Under the pieces are notes generated by a model. The model worked only from the letters and a program-made list of their open reading frames with translations. It made no database searches and had not been told where the DNA came from. DNA of 64,000 nucleotides, from positions 198,419-262,418 of the forward strand of contig CAWCAB010000003.1 in the NCBI GenBank assembly GCA_963793485.1. Reading direction: 5' to 3'. This DNA is from an uncultured Bacteroidota bacterium. Its GTDB lineage: Bacteria > Bacteroidota > Bacteroidia > Bacteroidales > B18-G4. The translations under genes and the position numbers were made by a program. Below, piece after piece: positions 1-9,215 of the stretch (its first letter is position 1; every line of letters starts with the position of its first letter).

Positions 1-2585
1 ATTCCGAGAGTGGTGATCAGTCCCATCTTGAATCCATCAAAGTCGCCCTGCTCCTGCATGTCGATGGTGATCTTTTCACCTACATCATACATCATATTCA
101 TGAGGTCAACAGCAAGGCGTTCGCCATGCAATGCATGACGGCGCTTTTTGTAGATTACCTCACGCTGGGCGTTCATCACATCATCATATTCGAGCAGCCT
201 CTTCCTGATGCCGAAGTTATTTTCTTCAACTTTTTTCTGTGCACGCTCTATCGATTTGGTGATCATGGAATGCTGGATCACTTCACCTTCTTTCAGACCG
301 AGCCTGTCCATAATGCGCGCGATCCTTTCGGAACCGAACATACGCATCAGATCGTCTTCAAGTGCAACGAAGAATTGCGAGCTACCCGGGTCTCCCTGTC
401 GCCCGGCACGTCCGCGCAACTGACGGTCTACACGCCTGGAATCATGCCTCTCTGTACCAACGATTGCAAGCCCGCCGGCTTCTTTTACCCCATCCTGGAG
501 TTTAATATCAGTACCACGGCCCGCCATGTTGGTGGCGATGGTCACCGAACCAGCCTTACCGGCCTCTGCAACCACATCAGCCTCTTTCTTATGGAGCTTG
601 GCATTCAGTACGTTGTGTTGTATTTTTCTTCTGGTCAGCATCCTGGAGAGGAGTTCGGATGTTTCCACTGAGGTTGTTCCAACAAGTACGGGGCGTCCCT
701 CCTTGACAAGCGTCTCACACTCCTCGATCACGGCATTGTATTTTTCCCGTTTGGTCTTGAAAACCATATCCTGCCTGTCGTCTCTAACGATTGGACGATT
801 GGTCGGGATCACTACGCAGTCGAGCTTATAGATGTCCCAGAACTCCCCGGCTTCTGTTTCAGCAGTACCTGTCATCCCGGCGAGCTTGTCATACATCCTG
901 AAGTAGTTCTGCAGGGTGATGGTAGCATAGGTTTGGGTGGCAGCTTCTACTTTCACATTTTCCTTCGCTTCCAGTGCCTGGTGGAGACCATCGGAGTAGC
1001 GGCGTCCTTCCATGATACGGCCGGTTTGCTCGTCCACGATCTTGATCTTGTTCTCCATGATCACGTACTCCACATCTATCTCGAAGAGGGCATAGGCTTT
1101 CAGCAGCTGGTTTACGGAGTGCACCCTTTCTGACTTCATAGAGTACTCCCTGATCATCTCACTCTTCTTTTCGAGCATTTTCTTTTCGTCAAGATCGGAT
1201 TTCTCCATCTCTGCAATTTCGCCTCCAATATCCGGCAGAAGATAAAAGTTTGGGTCTCCTGTTTCACTGGTAAAGATCTCAACCCCTTTTTCGCGGAGGT
1301 CGATGGAATTATTCTTTTCTTCGATCACGAAATAAAGCTCGTCATCCACAATGTGCATTTTTTTGCCTTGCTCAGCAAGAAAGAAGTTTTCAGTCTTCTG
1401 CATCTTAGCCCTTACACCAGGTTCCGAAAGGAACTTGATCAAAGCAGTGTTCTTGGGAAGCCCACGATGGGCCCTGAATAAAAGCTTGGCACCTTCTTTC
1501 TGACTCTCGTCATTATTTTCATCAGCCAGTAATTTTTTTGCTTCTGCCAGAATTTTGGTCACGTAATTCCGCTGCGCGCTGTAAAGCTTTTGCACCAGGG
1601 GTTTGAGTTCATGATATTCATGTTTGTCGCCCTGAGGAGTTGGTCCAGAAATGATAAGGGGCGTCCGGGCATCATCAATAAGTACGGAATCGACCTCATC
1701 TACTATGGTATAGTTATGTTTCCGCTGTACCAGCTCGTTCGGGTTGCCCGTCATATTGTCACGCAAATAGTCGAAGCCAAATTCATTGTTGGTGCCGAAG
1801 GTGATGTCGGCCAGGTAGGCCTGCCTCCGTGGTTCGGAGTTTGGATCATGCTTATCGATACAATCCACTTTTAAACCATGGAACTCATAGAGCACGCCCA
1901 TCCATTCGGAGTCACGTTTGGCCAGATAGTCGTTCACTGTTACTATGTGAACTCCTTTCCCGGAAAGAGCATTCAGGTAAACCGGGAGGGTAGCCACGAG
2001 GGTTTTCCCTTCACCGGTGGCCATCTCTGCGATCTTTCCCTGGTGGAGTACGATGCCACCGATGAGCTGTACATCATAGTGTACCATATCCCATTTGATC
2101 ATGCTTCCGCCGGCAGTCCATTCATTTTTGTAGATCGCTTTTTCGCCTACGATCTCCATCCCATCCCTGAAGGGATCGAGCTCTTTATCCATCTCAGTAG
2201 CTGTTACTTCAAGCTGCCCGTTTTCCTTAAATCGCCTCGCTGTTTCCTTGATCACGGCAAAGGCTTCCGGCAAGATCTCATTGAGAATGTCCTGGGTTTT
2301 CTCGTAGGTTTGCTTTTCAAGCTTATCTACCTGTTCCCACATCTTTTCCCGCTCCATGATGTCATCTTCCTGTTCAATTGAGGTTTTCAGATCGATAACA
2401 TTTTGTTCTTCCGCTTTGATATGCTCTGCTATCCTTTGCTTGAATTCCTGTGTTTTTCCTCTGAGATCATCATCACTCAGTGCGGTGATCTGTGGTTCAA
2501 CAGCTTTGATCTTATTCACTATCGGACCTATCTCTTTAATGTCACGATCCGATTTACTGCCCAGCACCTTACCTAATATGCCCAT
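1..2585 (-). CDS. secA: Preprotein translocase ATPase SecA (C-terminal end cut by left window edge)
   Basis: Not in the ORF track because it runs off the edge. Reverse translation from ATG at 2585 gives [28 protein letters not shown]. Further in it gives [32 protein letters not shown] and [16 protein letters not shown]. The plus-strand ORFs 126..2670 are antisense artefacts. Confidence 0.95.
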   Translation of the reverse strand, partial: MGILGKVLGSKSDRDIKEIGPIVNKIKAVEPQITALSDDDLRGKTQEFKQRIAEHIKAEEQNVIDLKTSIEQEDDIMEREKMWEQVDKLEKQTYEKTQDILNEILPEAFAVIKETARRFKENGQLEVTATEMDKELDPFRDGMEIVGEKAIYKNEWTAGGSMIKWDMVHYDVQLIGGIVLHQGKIAEMATGEGKTLVATLPVYLNALSGKGVHIVTVNDYLAKRDSEWMGVLYEFHGLKVDCIDKHDPNSEPRRQAYLADITFGTNNEFGFDYLRDNMTGNPNELVQRKHNYTIVDEVDSVLIDDARTPLIISGPTPQGDKHEYHELKPLVQKLYSAQRNYVTKILAEAKKLLADENNDESQKEGAKLLFRAHRGLPKNTALIKFLSEPGVRAKMQKTENFFLAEQGKKMHIVDDELYFVIEEKNNSIDLREKGVEIFTSETGDPNFYLLPDIGGEIAEMEKSDLDEKKMLEKKSEMIREYSMKSERVHSVNQLLKAYALFEIDVEYVIMENKIKIVDEQTGRIMEGRRYSDGLHQALEAKENVKVEAATQTYATITLQNYFRMYDKLAGMTGTAETEAGEFWDIYKLDCVVIPTNRPIVRDDRQDMVFKTKREKYNAVIEECETLVKEGRPVLVGTTSVETSELLSRMLTRRKIQHNVLNAKLHKKEADVVAEAGKAGSVTIATNMAGRGTDIKLQDGVKEAGGLAIVGTERHDSRRVDRQLRGRAGRQGDPGSSQFFVALEDDLMRMFGSERIARIMDRLGLKEGEVIQHSMITKSIERAQKKVEENNFGIRKRLLEYDDVMNAQREVIYKKRRHALHGERLAVDLMNMMYDVGEKITIDMQEQGDFDGFKMGLITTLG

Positions 2586-2770
2586 GAAAAATATTTTTAC
2601 TGCTTATTACAAAAACTATTCCGCCATTAAAGCATTTCGCTATGAAATAAGCCTATTATCTTTAGTCTAATTTGAGATATCAATAATCATACCCTATAGG
2701 GATAACGCCATTCTTCTGCCATTTCGGCAGATGGAAGCAAAATTAATCATTTTTGTGGTTCGGACATGCG

Positions 2771-2812
2771 GTGTGAGGTGTGGGGCCTGAGGCTTGGGGC
2801 CTGAGGTGAGTG
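2771..2812. repeat. G-rich heptamer tandem block (6 units)
   Basis: gtgtgag gtgtggg gcctgag gcttggg gcctgag gtgagtg read directly. Confidence 0.8.
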
Positions 2813-2830
2813 GCGCGTTTTCAGAAAGCT

Positions 2831-2865
2831 TCAAATATCAGATATCAGATGTCAAATATCAGATA
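2831..2865. repeat. Heptamer tandem block TCARATA (5 units) overlapping the stop of the MazG-like gene
   Basis: tcaaata tcagata tcagatg tcaaata tcagata. On the minus strand this is TGA every 7 nt. Confidence 0.85.
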
Positions 2866-3185
2866 TCCCTCTGCTTCCAAACCCTCTTCTTATTGATCTC
2901 TTCTTTCTTTCGAAAGGCTTCTTCCATATCGATACCGCTACGGTTGGCGATGGCGCATATGTATATGAGAATGTCAACCAGTTCTTCTCCAACATGAAAA
3001 GTCTCTGAATTATGATCAGTGCTGATGTTTTCAGCTTTCCGGATGGCTTTGAAGAGTTCCCCCATTTCTTCACCCATAAGGAGGCATTTTTCGAGGATGG
3101 TTTGACTGATGAAGCCTCTTTCATGTTCAAGTTCTGTGACATACGTTTGGAGGTTTGACAGCGTAGCTTCTGATAGTTCAGGCAT
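2859..3185 (-). CDS. MazG-type nucleoside triphosphate pyrophosphohydrolase (small all-alpha NTP-PPase)
   Basis: 108-aa ORF with the acidic helix motifs GEEMGEL and EELVDILIY, typical of the MazG/NTP-PPase fold. Confidence 0.75.
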   Translation of the reverse strand: MPELSEATLSNLQTYVTELEHERGFISQTILEKCLLMGEEMGELFKAIRKAENISTDHNSETFHVGEELVDILIYICAIANRSGIDMEEAFRKKEEINKKRVWKQRDI

Positions 3186-3228
3186 AAGGAATGGTTTTGT
3201 CCAAAATTATAAAAATCCAGACAACTCT

Positions 3229-3282
3229 AAATACTTCAAGTACTCTAAGTACTTTAAGTACTCCAGGCACTCCAAGTATTTT
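3229..3282. repeat. Nonamer tandem repeat AAGTACTYY (6 units)
   Basis: aaatacttc aagtactct aagtacttt aagtactcc aggcactcc aagtatttt. Abuts or overlaps the stop codon at 3281-3283. Confidence 0.85.
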
Positions 3283-4660
3283 AATGAATCACCTTCATCA
3301 CGGCCCTTTCCAACTCATCTCCCGGAGGAGGAGCGGGATATGCCGCGATATTTCCTTCGGTATTGATCAGAACATATAGCGGGAGGTTCCTGATATCATA
3401 GCTGTCAAGTACCGCGGGATCATTCCCGTAGTGTGCGAAGGTCCAATGGAATCCTCCTGAATTTGCCAGGGGGATATATGCTGCAGGGTCATCATCCATA
3501 GAAATGCTGATGATCTCCAGCCCTGACTTATAATAATTATAAAGTTCGGCGAGGCTTTCCAATGCGTTCTGAGTCCCTTTACTTTCACTCCTGTAAAATG
3601 CAAGCAGGATAGGTTTGCCTTTGATATTTCTGAGGTTAAAGGCCTGCCCTCCGATGCCAATCAGGATGATGTCCGGTGCTGGACTGCCGGGGGCGAGATG
3701 GTTCAGGCTTGTAAGCAGGTTTGCTGCAATACGCTTATGCATGGGGTCGTTTGTAGAAAGTTTGATGTCTTCTATCATAGCCAGTACCTGAGGTTTTTTG
3801 AAAGTCCCATTATAATACAGGCTCCGCAGGCCATGGATCAGTACCAGTTCCCTGAAACCCTCTTCCTGCAGATATGGTACTTTTTCGAGGGCACGCAAGA
3901 TCATTTGATTGCTGCTGCTGTCATTTACAGCAATGATCAGGTCTGAGATGGTGATCACATCCGGTGAGCTTGTCAGGAACTTTTCGAAAAACTCATCAAG
4001 AAAGAAGGTGTATTCAACATTATTATAGAGGACCGCTTTGCCAACGAAATATTCTTCAGCTAAGGCTCTTTTCCCTCTTAAGCGGGCGAACTGATAAACA
4101 TCGGCCAGCTTATAATGAATGTAATCAATAAAATAGGGATGATCAACGCCCTCAAAAGTTTGGTCAACCTGCTCGCGAAAATCAGTCACCCTGGCCTTAT
4201 CATGCAGCTTGACAATATGCTCAAAGTTTTCCATCACAAACTTATTGTACATGGCATTGAATTTCCAGATGAGTTGGTTGAGTTCATTTTCATCCTCTGT
4301 CTCTAAGCTATAATCCAGTCCTTGCCTGTCGAAATAAGATTCCAACTGGTTGGCCGGGTTATAGCTGATAATAAGTTGATAGGCATTTCCCGGCTCCAGA
4401 AAGATCTCGGCCCGCTGGTAATTGATATCGAGAAAAGCGGCGGTGGTTTCTTCCAGATCAAATTCAATTTTGAAGCTTCCGTCTTTGCTGACCGTGCTTT
4501 CACCCAGTTTTATTATCTTCTTTGAAATAAAATCATCAAAAGCCAGCAGCCTGACTACCTGCCTTTCGCCTTCTGATACCGTTCCGTGAATGCTGGTCTT
4601 CTGCGCAAAAATGGTGATGGGGAGGAATAAAAGTAGAAGGGCTATAGTATACTTTCTCAT
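3281..4660 (-). CDS. Secreted thioredoxin-fold (TlpA/AhpC-TSA-like) protein lacking the CxxC motif
   Basis: Signal peptide MRKYTIALLLLFLPITIFAQ from ATG 4660; the track start at 4681 is TTG. The C-terminal part (KGKPILLAFYRSESKGTQNALESLAELY...GLEIISISMDDD...LPLYVLINTEGNI) has a TlpA-like thioredoxin layout. Confidence 0.6.
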   Translation of the reverse strand: MRKYTIALLLLFLPITIFAQKTSIHGTVSEGERQVVRLLAFDDFISKKIIKLGESTVSKDGSFKIEFDLEETTAAFLDINYQRAEIFLEPGNAYQLIISYNPANQLESYFDRQGLDYSLETEDENELNQLIWKFNAMYNKFVMENFEHIVKLHDKARVTDFREQVDQTFEGVDHPYFIDYIHYKLADVYQFARLRGKRALAEEYFVGKAVLYNNVEYTFFLDEFFEKFLTSSPDVITISDLIIAVNDSSSNQMILRALEKVPYLQEEGFRELVLIHGLRSLYYNGTFKKPQVLAMIEDIKLSTNDPMHKRIAANLLTSLNHLAPGSPAPDIILIGIGGQAFNLRNIKGKPILLAFYRSESKGTQNALESLAELYNYYKSGLEIISISMDDDPAAYIPLANSGGFHWTFAHYGNDPAVLDSYDIRNLPLYVLINTEGNIAAYPAPPPGDELERAVMKVIH

Positions 4661-4740
4661 AGTAATGGATTTGGAAACCAAAGAATAAACGCCTCGAGAT
4701 AATCTTTATTATCGAAAAGATATTCTGGTAGTATTACTTA

Positions 4741-4827
4741 CCACCAAGACACCAAGGCACGAAGGTACACCAAGATCAGCATTTATAAACTCTTGGTGAT
4801 GCTTGGAGTCTTGGAGCCTTTGTGGTT
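4741..4827. repeat. Imperfect inverted pair of CACCAAGR / CTTGGNG short tandem units (8-9 bp)
   Basis: Left arm ccaccaagacaccaaggcacgaaggtacaccaaga. Right arm tcttggtgatgcttggagtcttggagcctttgtgg. Lies 7 nt downstream of the coaD stop. Confidence 0.7.
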
Positions 4828-4834
4828 CTTATTT

Positions 4835-5293
4835 TTAGAACTTCACTGCTTCTGGTACAAACTGGCTCGCATCACCTCCATTGCGGAGGATATCGCGGAC
4901 GATGGAGGAATTGATGGAAGTGTGCTCAGGGGCAGTAAGAAGGAATACGGTCTCAATATCCGGGTATAGTTTCTTATTCACCTGCCCAATACTGCGCTCA
5001 AATTCAAAGTCGGCAGAAGTACGCAATCCGCGCAGTATGAATTGGGCATTCACCTCTTTGCAGAAACCAACTGTCAGACCGGAATATTTTGCCACGCTCA
5101 CTTTAGCCTCATCAGCAAATACCTCCTCAATCCATTTCAGGCGCTGATCGATATCGAAATAGCTCTTCTTTTCAGCGTTTTCACCAATGGCAACAATGAT
5201 CTTATCAAAAACTTTGCATGCCCTTTTGATGATGGATTCGTGGCCAATCGTGATCGGATCGAATGATCCCGGGAAAACTGCTATTTTATTCAT
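4835..5293 (-). CDS. coaD: Phosphopantetheine adenylyltransferase
   Basis: N-terminus MNKIAVFPGSFDPITIGH (nucleotidyltransferase H/TxGH motif), 152 aa, full-length CoaD-like. Confidence 0.93.
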   Translation of the reverse strand: MNKIAVFPGSFDPITIGHESIIKRACKVFDKIIVAIGENAEKKSYFDIDQRLKWIEEVFADEAKVSVAKYSGLTVGFCKEVNAQFILRGLRTSADFEFERSIGQVNKKLYPDIETVFLLTAPEHTSINSSIVRDILRNGGDASQFVPEAVKF

Positions 5294-5313
5294 GATAGTA
5301 CTTTTTACTTAGA

Positions 5314-5418
5314 CTGATATACTTCGATTAAGCTTCTGATATCCGATATCTGATATCTGAAATTTGAACCTTTACGCCTTCCCCGTACCTCGTCCCGCGA
5401 ACCTCGTCCCACGTCAAA
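5314..5418. repeat. Mosaic heptamer array (15 units: TCTGATA block then CGTACCT/CGTCCCN block)
   Basis: tctgata tccgata tctgata tctgaaa ... ccttccc cgtacct cgtcccg cgaacct cgtccca cgtcaaa, all in one 7-bp phase. Confidence 0.85.
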
Positions 5419-5449
5419 TATAATACAAATTGTTTGGTTTTAATTATTA

Positions 5450-6079
5450 TTAAGGCGTATCTATCGCTTTCACAAGTACTTCCGAAATGGATCGGAAAGT
5501 CTTATTGCTCTTCTTTTTGGCTTTATCAAAGGGAACCCACTTTACTTTCTCAATTCCTTCTGCCAGCGCGGGGATCATCACCTGATTGCGCTTGCCTTTC
5601 ATCAGGAACCAGTGGGTTTTCTTGATGATGAGTTTTTTGTTCCGGCGGTAAAAATGATACGTGACGGATAGCTTCTTGATAATTTCCAGCTTCTGCAGCC
5701 CGGTTTCTTCCATCACCTCTCTCAGTGCGGTTTCCTTATTCTTTTCTCCGCTGTTTTTCTTCCCCTTGGGAAGATCCCACCTGCCATGCCGGAAGATCAT
5801 CAAAACCTCATCTTTCTTGCTGATCACAGCTCCGCCGGCAGCTTTGGTAAGCTTAAACCTTCCTATAAAGAACTTAAACAATTGATCAACATTTTTTTTG
5901 CGGTACACGATCAGGGTTCTGATCTTTTTCGCCTTGATAAAGTGTTCAAATTCAACGATCAAATGCACCATTCCCTGATAACGGTAGAACACTGTATTCT
6001 TATCCTTGATGGAGAAACTCATATTCTCAGTGAAAATAATGAGCTTGTCTTTAATGAAAACTTTGAAGTTTTGATGCAT
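5450..6079 (-). CDS. NUDIX hydrolase
   Basis: Nudix box GKKNSGEKNKETALREVMEETGL. The start is taken at ATG 6079 (MHQNFKV); the track start at 6130 is TTG and reads through a perfect hairpin. Confidence 0.8.
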   Translation of the reverse strand: MHQNFKVFIKDKLIIFTENMSFSIKDKNTVFYRYQGMVHLIVEFEHFIKAKKIRTLIVYRKKNVDQLFKFFIGRFKLTKAAGGAVISKKDEVLMIFRHGRWDLPKGKKNSGEKNKETALREVMEETGLQKLEIIKKLSVTYHFYRRNKKLIIKKTHWFLMKGKRNQVMIPALAEGIEKVKWVPFDKAKKKSNKTFRSISEVLVKAIDTP

Positions 6080-6083
6080 AAGC

Positions 6084-6116
6084 CCGACCTCACAGGTCCC
6101 CGACCTGTGAGGTCGG
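6084..6116. other. Perfect 15-bp GC-rich hairpin (ccgacctcacaggtc ccc gacctgtgaggtcgg) 4 nt upstream of the Nudix ATG
   Basis: Arms are exact reverse complements. There is no flanking T-run. The 13-nt core recurs at 10726-10755. Confidence 0.85.
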
Positions 6117-6179
6117 AAACTGAAGTGCAAATTACTAATTTATTTGGTAAATTGATTTGTCGTAAATATTTAAAGCCGG

Positions 6180-6242
6180 TTCGAGGTATGCGGTTTGAGG
6201 TACGAGGTACGGGGGACAGGGTAGTTTTGAGTTTTAAGTTGA
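6180..6242. repeat. Heptamer array (9 units; G-rich block is the reverse complement of the 5377-5418 family)
   Basis: ttcgagg tatgcgg tttgagg tacgagg tacgggg gacaggg tagtttt gagtttt aagttga. Confidence 0.8.
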
Positions 6243-6526
6243 TTCTCGATATACATTCTTCACTATTCACTTAAGATAGGAACTTGGAACTGCAAGCGTT
6301 GCTGGTTAGTTTTGAATTATAAGTTTTACTACTTTGTTAAGGAGCTCCTTATTACTGGGTATCCATTAGAATCAAACCTCACAATAACTATATATAGTTG
6401 AGATTAAGAGAGATAAAATTGACATCGGTCATTGGATTGCCTATATTGTAGCAATTAAATACCAGAATGCATGAATAGGTTATAGGTTTTAGTCAATCGA
6501 ATATCAAACTACAATTGGAGGAATTT

Positions 6527-9187
6527 ATGAAAAGATCAGTTATATATATCGTATTGAGCCTTTTCATCCAATGTACCATATCAGCTCAATCTGATGGGTC
6601 CTGCCTGCCGGATGGAATTACATTTTCAACCCAGGCTGAAATTGACAGTTTCCAAACGAACTATCCCAATTGTACTGAGATAGAAGGGGATGTGGCGATA
6701 TCGGGAATTGATATTACAAATTTGAATGGATTAAATGTTTTGATTTCTATTGGGGAAGACCTGTTAATATATGAGAATGATTCCCTTTTAAGCCTGTCAG
6801 GCCTAGATAATATAATTTCCATTGGAGGACAACTCTTAATAGGTTATGAGGATTATAATAACACAAGCCTGACAAGTCTGACAGGCTTAGAAAACTTAAC
6901 ATCCATTGGTGGAGATCTTTGGATTTCACACAATGACCTTTTGACGAACCTTACAGGACTGGACAATGTGAATTCAGTTGGTGGAAATATAAATATTACC
7001 GGTAACAATTCCCTGACAAAACTCACCGGATTAGGAAGTATTACTTCTGTAAATGGAGACCTTGTTGTTTCATATTCTGATGCCCTTACGGGTTTATCTG
7101 GCCTTGAGAATATTACTTCTGTGGATGGAGATCTTATTATTTCTTATTCTGACGCTCTTACGGATTTATCTGGTCTGGAGAATATTACTTCTGTAGCAGG
7201 GAACTTTAAAATCATCTTCAACGGATCTTTAACAGGTCTTTCGGGCCTTCAAAATATAGCTTTTATTGGAGGAGGTTTGAGCATTAATTACAATGCAGTC
7301 CTGACGAGCCTGACAACTCTCAGCAATTTGAGTGTTATAGGTGAAGAGATTCATATTTCTGCGAATAGTTCACTTCCTAACCTGGATGGTCTTGAAAATA
7401 TTACTTCGATATCCGGAAACCTGACGGTGGCGTGGAATAATGCGCTTAAAAATTTAACCGGACTTGCCAATTTGAGCTCAATTGGAGGAAGTATTTCTTT
7501 GTGGGGGAACGATTCTTTAACTAATCTGTCAGGTCTGAATAAAGTATCCTCCATTGGTGAAAACTTAACCGTTTCAAATACTGCCCTGATTAGTATATCA
7601 GGCTTGGGCAATGTAAGCTCCATTGGGGGGGGGCTATATATTTCATATAACGATTCCCTGCTCAACTTAAGCGGTTTGGACAATATTGTTTCATTGGGTG
7701 GTAGCTTAGTATTTGGAGGCAACGCTTCCCTGACAAATATAACAGCACTGGGAAACTTAACTTCCATTGGTGGTATGTTATCAATTGGCTTTGAGGGTGA
7801 TCTAGATGAACTTCATGGAAACCCTGTAATGGCAAATTTATCAGGACTGGAAAATATTACTTTCATCGGTGAAAGTCTTCATGTTTTAGATAACAATATA
7901 CTCACCAGTTTATCGGAATTAAGTAACATTACCTCCATAAACGGCGGCCTTTGGGTTGGAGAAAACCTTATACTGACAAACCTGACTGGATTGGATAATG
8001 TTACTTCCATTGCGGGTTACTTTTCAGTTCATGGCAACACTTCCCTGACAAGTCTGACAGGACTTAACAATATTACTTCTATCGGGGGGAGCCTAACTAT
8101 TTATAGGAACGATAACCTGATAAATATGATGGGATTGAATAGTGTGGATTCCATTGGTGGGCAAATTTACATTTCTGAGAATAATTCTTTACAAAATCTG
8201 ACAGGCTTGGAAAATTTGAATTACATGTTAGGGGCCCTCTCAATAGCTCTCAACAATTCCTTAGTAAGTTTATCGGGTCTTGATAATCTAAATGCAGATT
8301 CAATAACAAATTTAACTATCAGATATAATAGTAATTTAACTACTTGTGAGATTCAAGGTCTCTGCGATTATTTTGAAATGCCAAATGGGGTTGTGAATAT
8401 CTATGGTAATGCAACAGGTTGCAACGATCCGTCTGAAATTGCAAGCGCTTGTGGGATTACGTTGACTTGTTTACCATTCGGCAACTACTATTTTTCCTCC
8501 CAGGCACATATCGACAATTTCACGTCTAACTATGGCAATTGCACAGAACTCAAAGGAGGTGTAACTATTTCAGGGAATGATATCACAAATCTTGACGGTT
8601 TAAATAATGTGAATAGCATAGAAGGAGCCTTTGGGATACATGGCAATCCAAGGTTGGCAAACCTGGAAGGTCTGAGTAATGTTGTTTCCGTTGGATATTA
8701 TCTTATTGTTGAAAACAATGATTCTTTGCTAAGCCTATCAGGCCTGGATAGTATTGAGGCAACTTCTATCTATTACTTATATATTGAAAATAATCCTTCT
8801 CTATCAAGCTGTGAAGTACAAAGTATATGTGATTTCCTGGTTGACCCAAATGGATATGTAGCCATTCAAGATAATGCTTTAGGTTGTAATAGCCAGGAAG
8901 AGGTTGAAAAAGCCTGTAGTCCAGTTTCTGTTGATGAATTCCATCTTGCAGACGAACTAATCATTTACCCCAATCCCTCCTCCAATCAGATCACCATTGA
9001 ATTACCCAACACACCAAAAAGGAATTCATTCCTATCCATTTATAATATTAGCTCTCAGCAATTGATTACACGTCAGATAACGGAACAAAAAACACTTGTG
9101 GATGTATCCGGCTTACCCACTGGTTTCTATTTTGTAAAAGTAGCGGATGACAGAACGGTGATGGTGGGTAAAGTGGTAAAGAAATAA
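6527..9187 (+). CDS. Secreted leucine-rich-repeat / receptor-L-domain-like beta-helix protein with T9SS C-terminal sorting domain
   Basis: Signal peptide MKRSVIYIVLSLFIQCTISAQ from ATG 6527. Contains about 30 repeats of the pattern LxxLxGLxNLTSIGGxLxIxxNxxL. The C-terminus (IIYPNPSSNQITIEL...GFYFVKVADDRTVMVGKVVKK) is a type-A T9SS CTD. Confidence 0.85.
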   Translation: MKRSVIYIVLSLFIQCTISAQSDGSCLPDGITFSTQAEIDSFQTNYPNCTEIEGDVAISGIDITNLNGLNVLISIGEDLLIYENDSLLSLSGLDNIISIGGQLLIGYEDYNNTSLTSLTGLENLTSIGGDLWISHNDLLTNLTGLDNVNSVGGNINITGNNSLTKLTGLGSITSVNGDLVVSYSDALTGLSGLENITSVDGDLIISYSDALTDLSGLENITSVAGNFKIIFNGSLTGLSGLQNIAFIGGGLSINYNAVLTSLTTLSNLSVIGEEIHISANSSLPNLDGLENITSISGNLTVAWNNALKNLTGLANLSSIGGSISLWGNDSLTNLSGLNKVSSIGENLTVSNTALISISGLGNVSSIGGGLYISYNDSLLNLSGLDNIVSLGGSLVFGGNASLTNITALGNLTSIGGMLSIGFEGDLDELHGNPVMANLSGLENITFIGESLHVLDNNILTSLSELSNITSINGGLWVGENLILTNLTGLDNVTSIAGYFSVHGNTSLTSLTGLNNITSIGGSLTIYRNDNLINMMGLNSVDSIGGQIYISENNSLQNLTGLENLNYMLGALSIALNNSLVSLSGLDNLNADSITNLTIRYNSNLTTCEIQGLCDYFEMPNGVVNIYGNATGCNDPSEIASACGITLTCLPFGNYYFSSQAHIDNFTSNYGNCTELKGGVTISGNDITNLDGLNNVNSIEGAFGIHGNPRLANLEGLSNVVSVGYYLIVENNDSLLSLSGLDSIEATSIYYLYIENNPSLSSCEVQSICDFLVDPNGYVAIQDNALGCNSQEEVEKACSPVSVDEFHLADELIIYPNPSSNQITIELPNTPKRNSFLSIYNISSQQLITRQITEQKTLVDVSGLPTGFYFVKVADDRTVMVGKVVKK

Positions 9188-9215
9188 TTGATCATCTAAC
9201 TAAAAAAGATATATC

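Noticed and set aside
126-2670. Seven plus-strand ORFs (66-181 aa) in the first 2.7 kb
   Set aside because: They lie antisense to an obvious, motif-rich SecA reading frame on the minus strand, and their translations are low-complexity with no recognisable domains.
6080-6130. Longer Nudix start at 6130 (MHFSFRPHRSGTCEVGL...)
   Set aside because: The start codon is TTG and the extension reads straight through a perfect 15-bp hairpin. The ATG at 6079 gives a normal N-terminus.
7351-7767. 138-aa minus-strand ORF inside the LRR gene
   Set aside because: It is an antisense reading of a highly repetitive coding region. The plus-strand frame has a signal peptide, regular repeats and a T9SS CTD.
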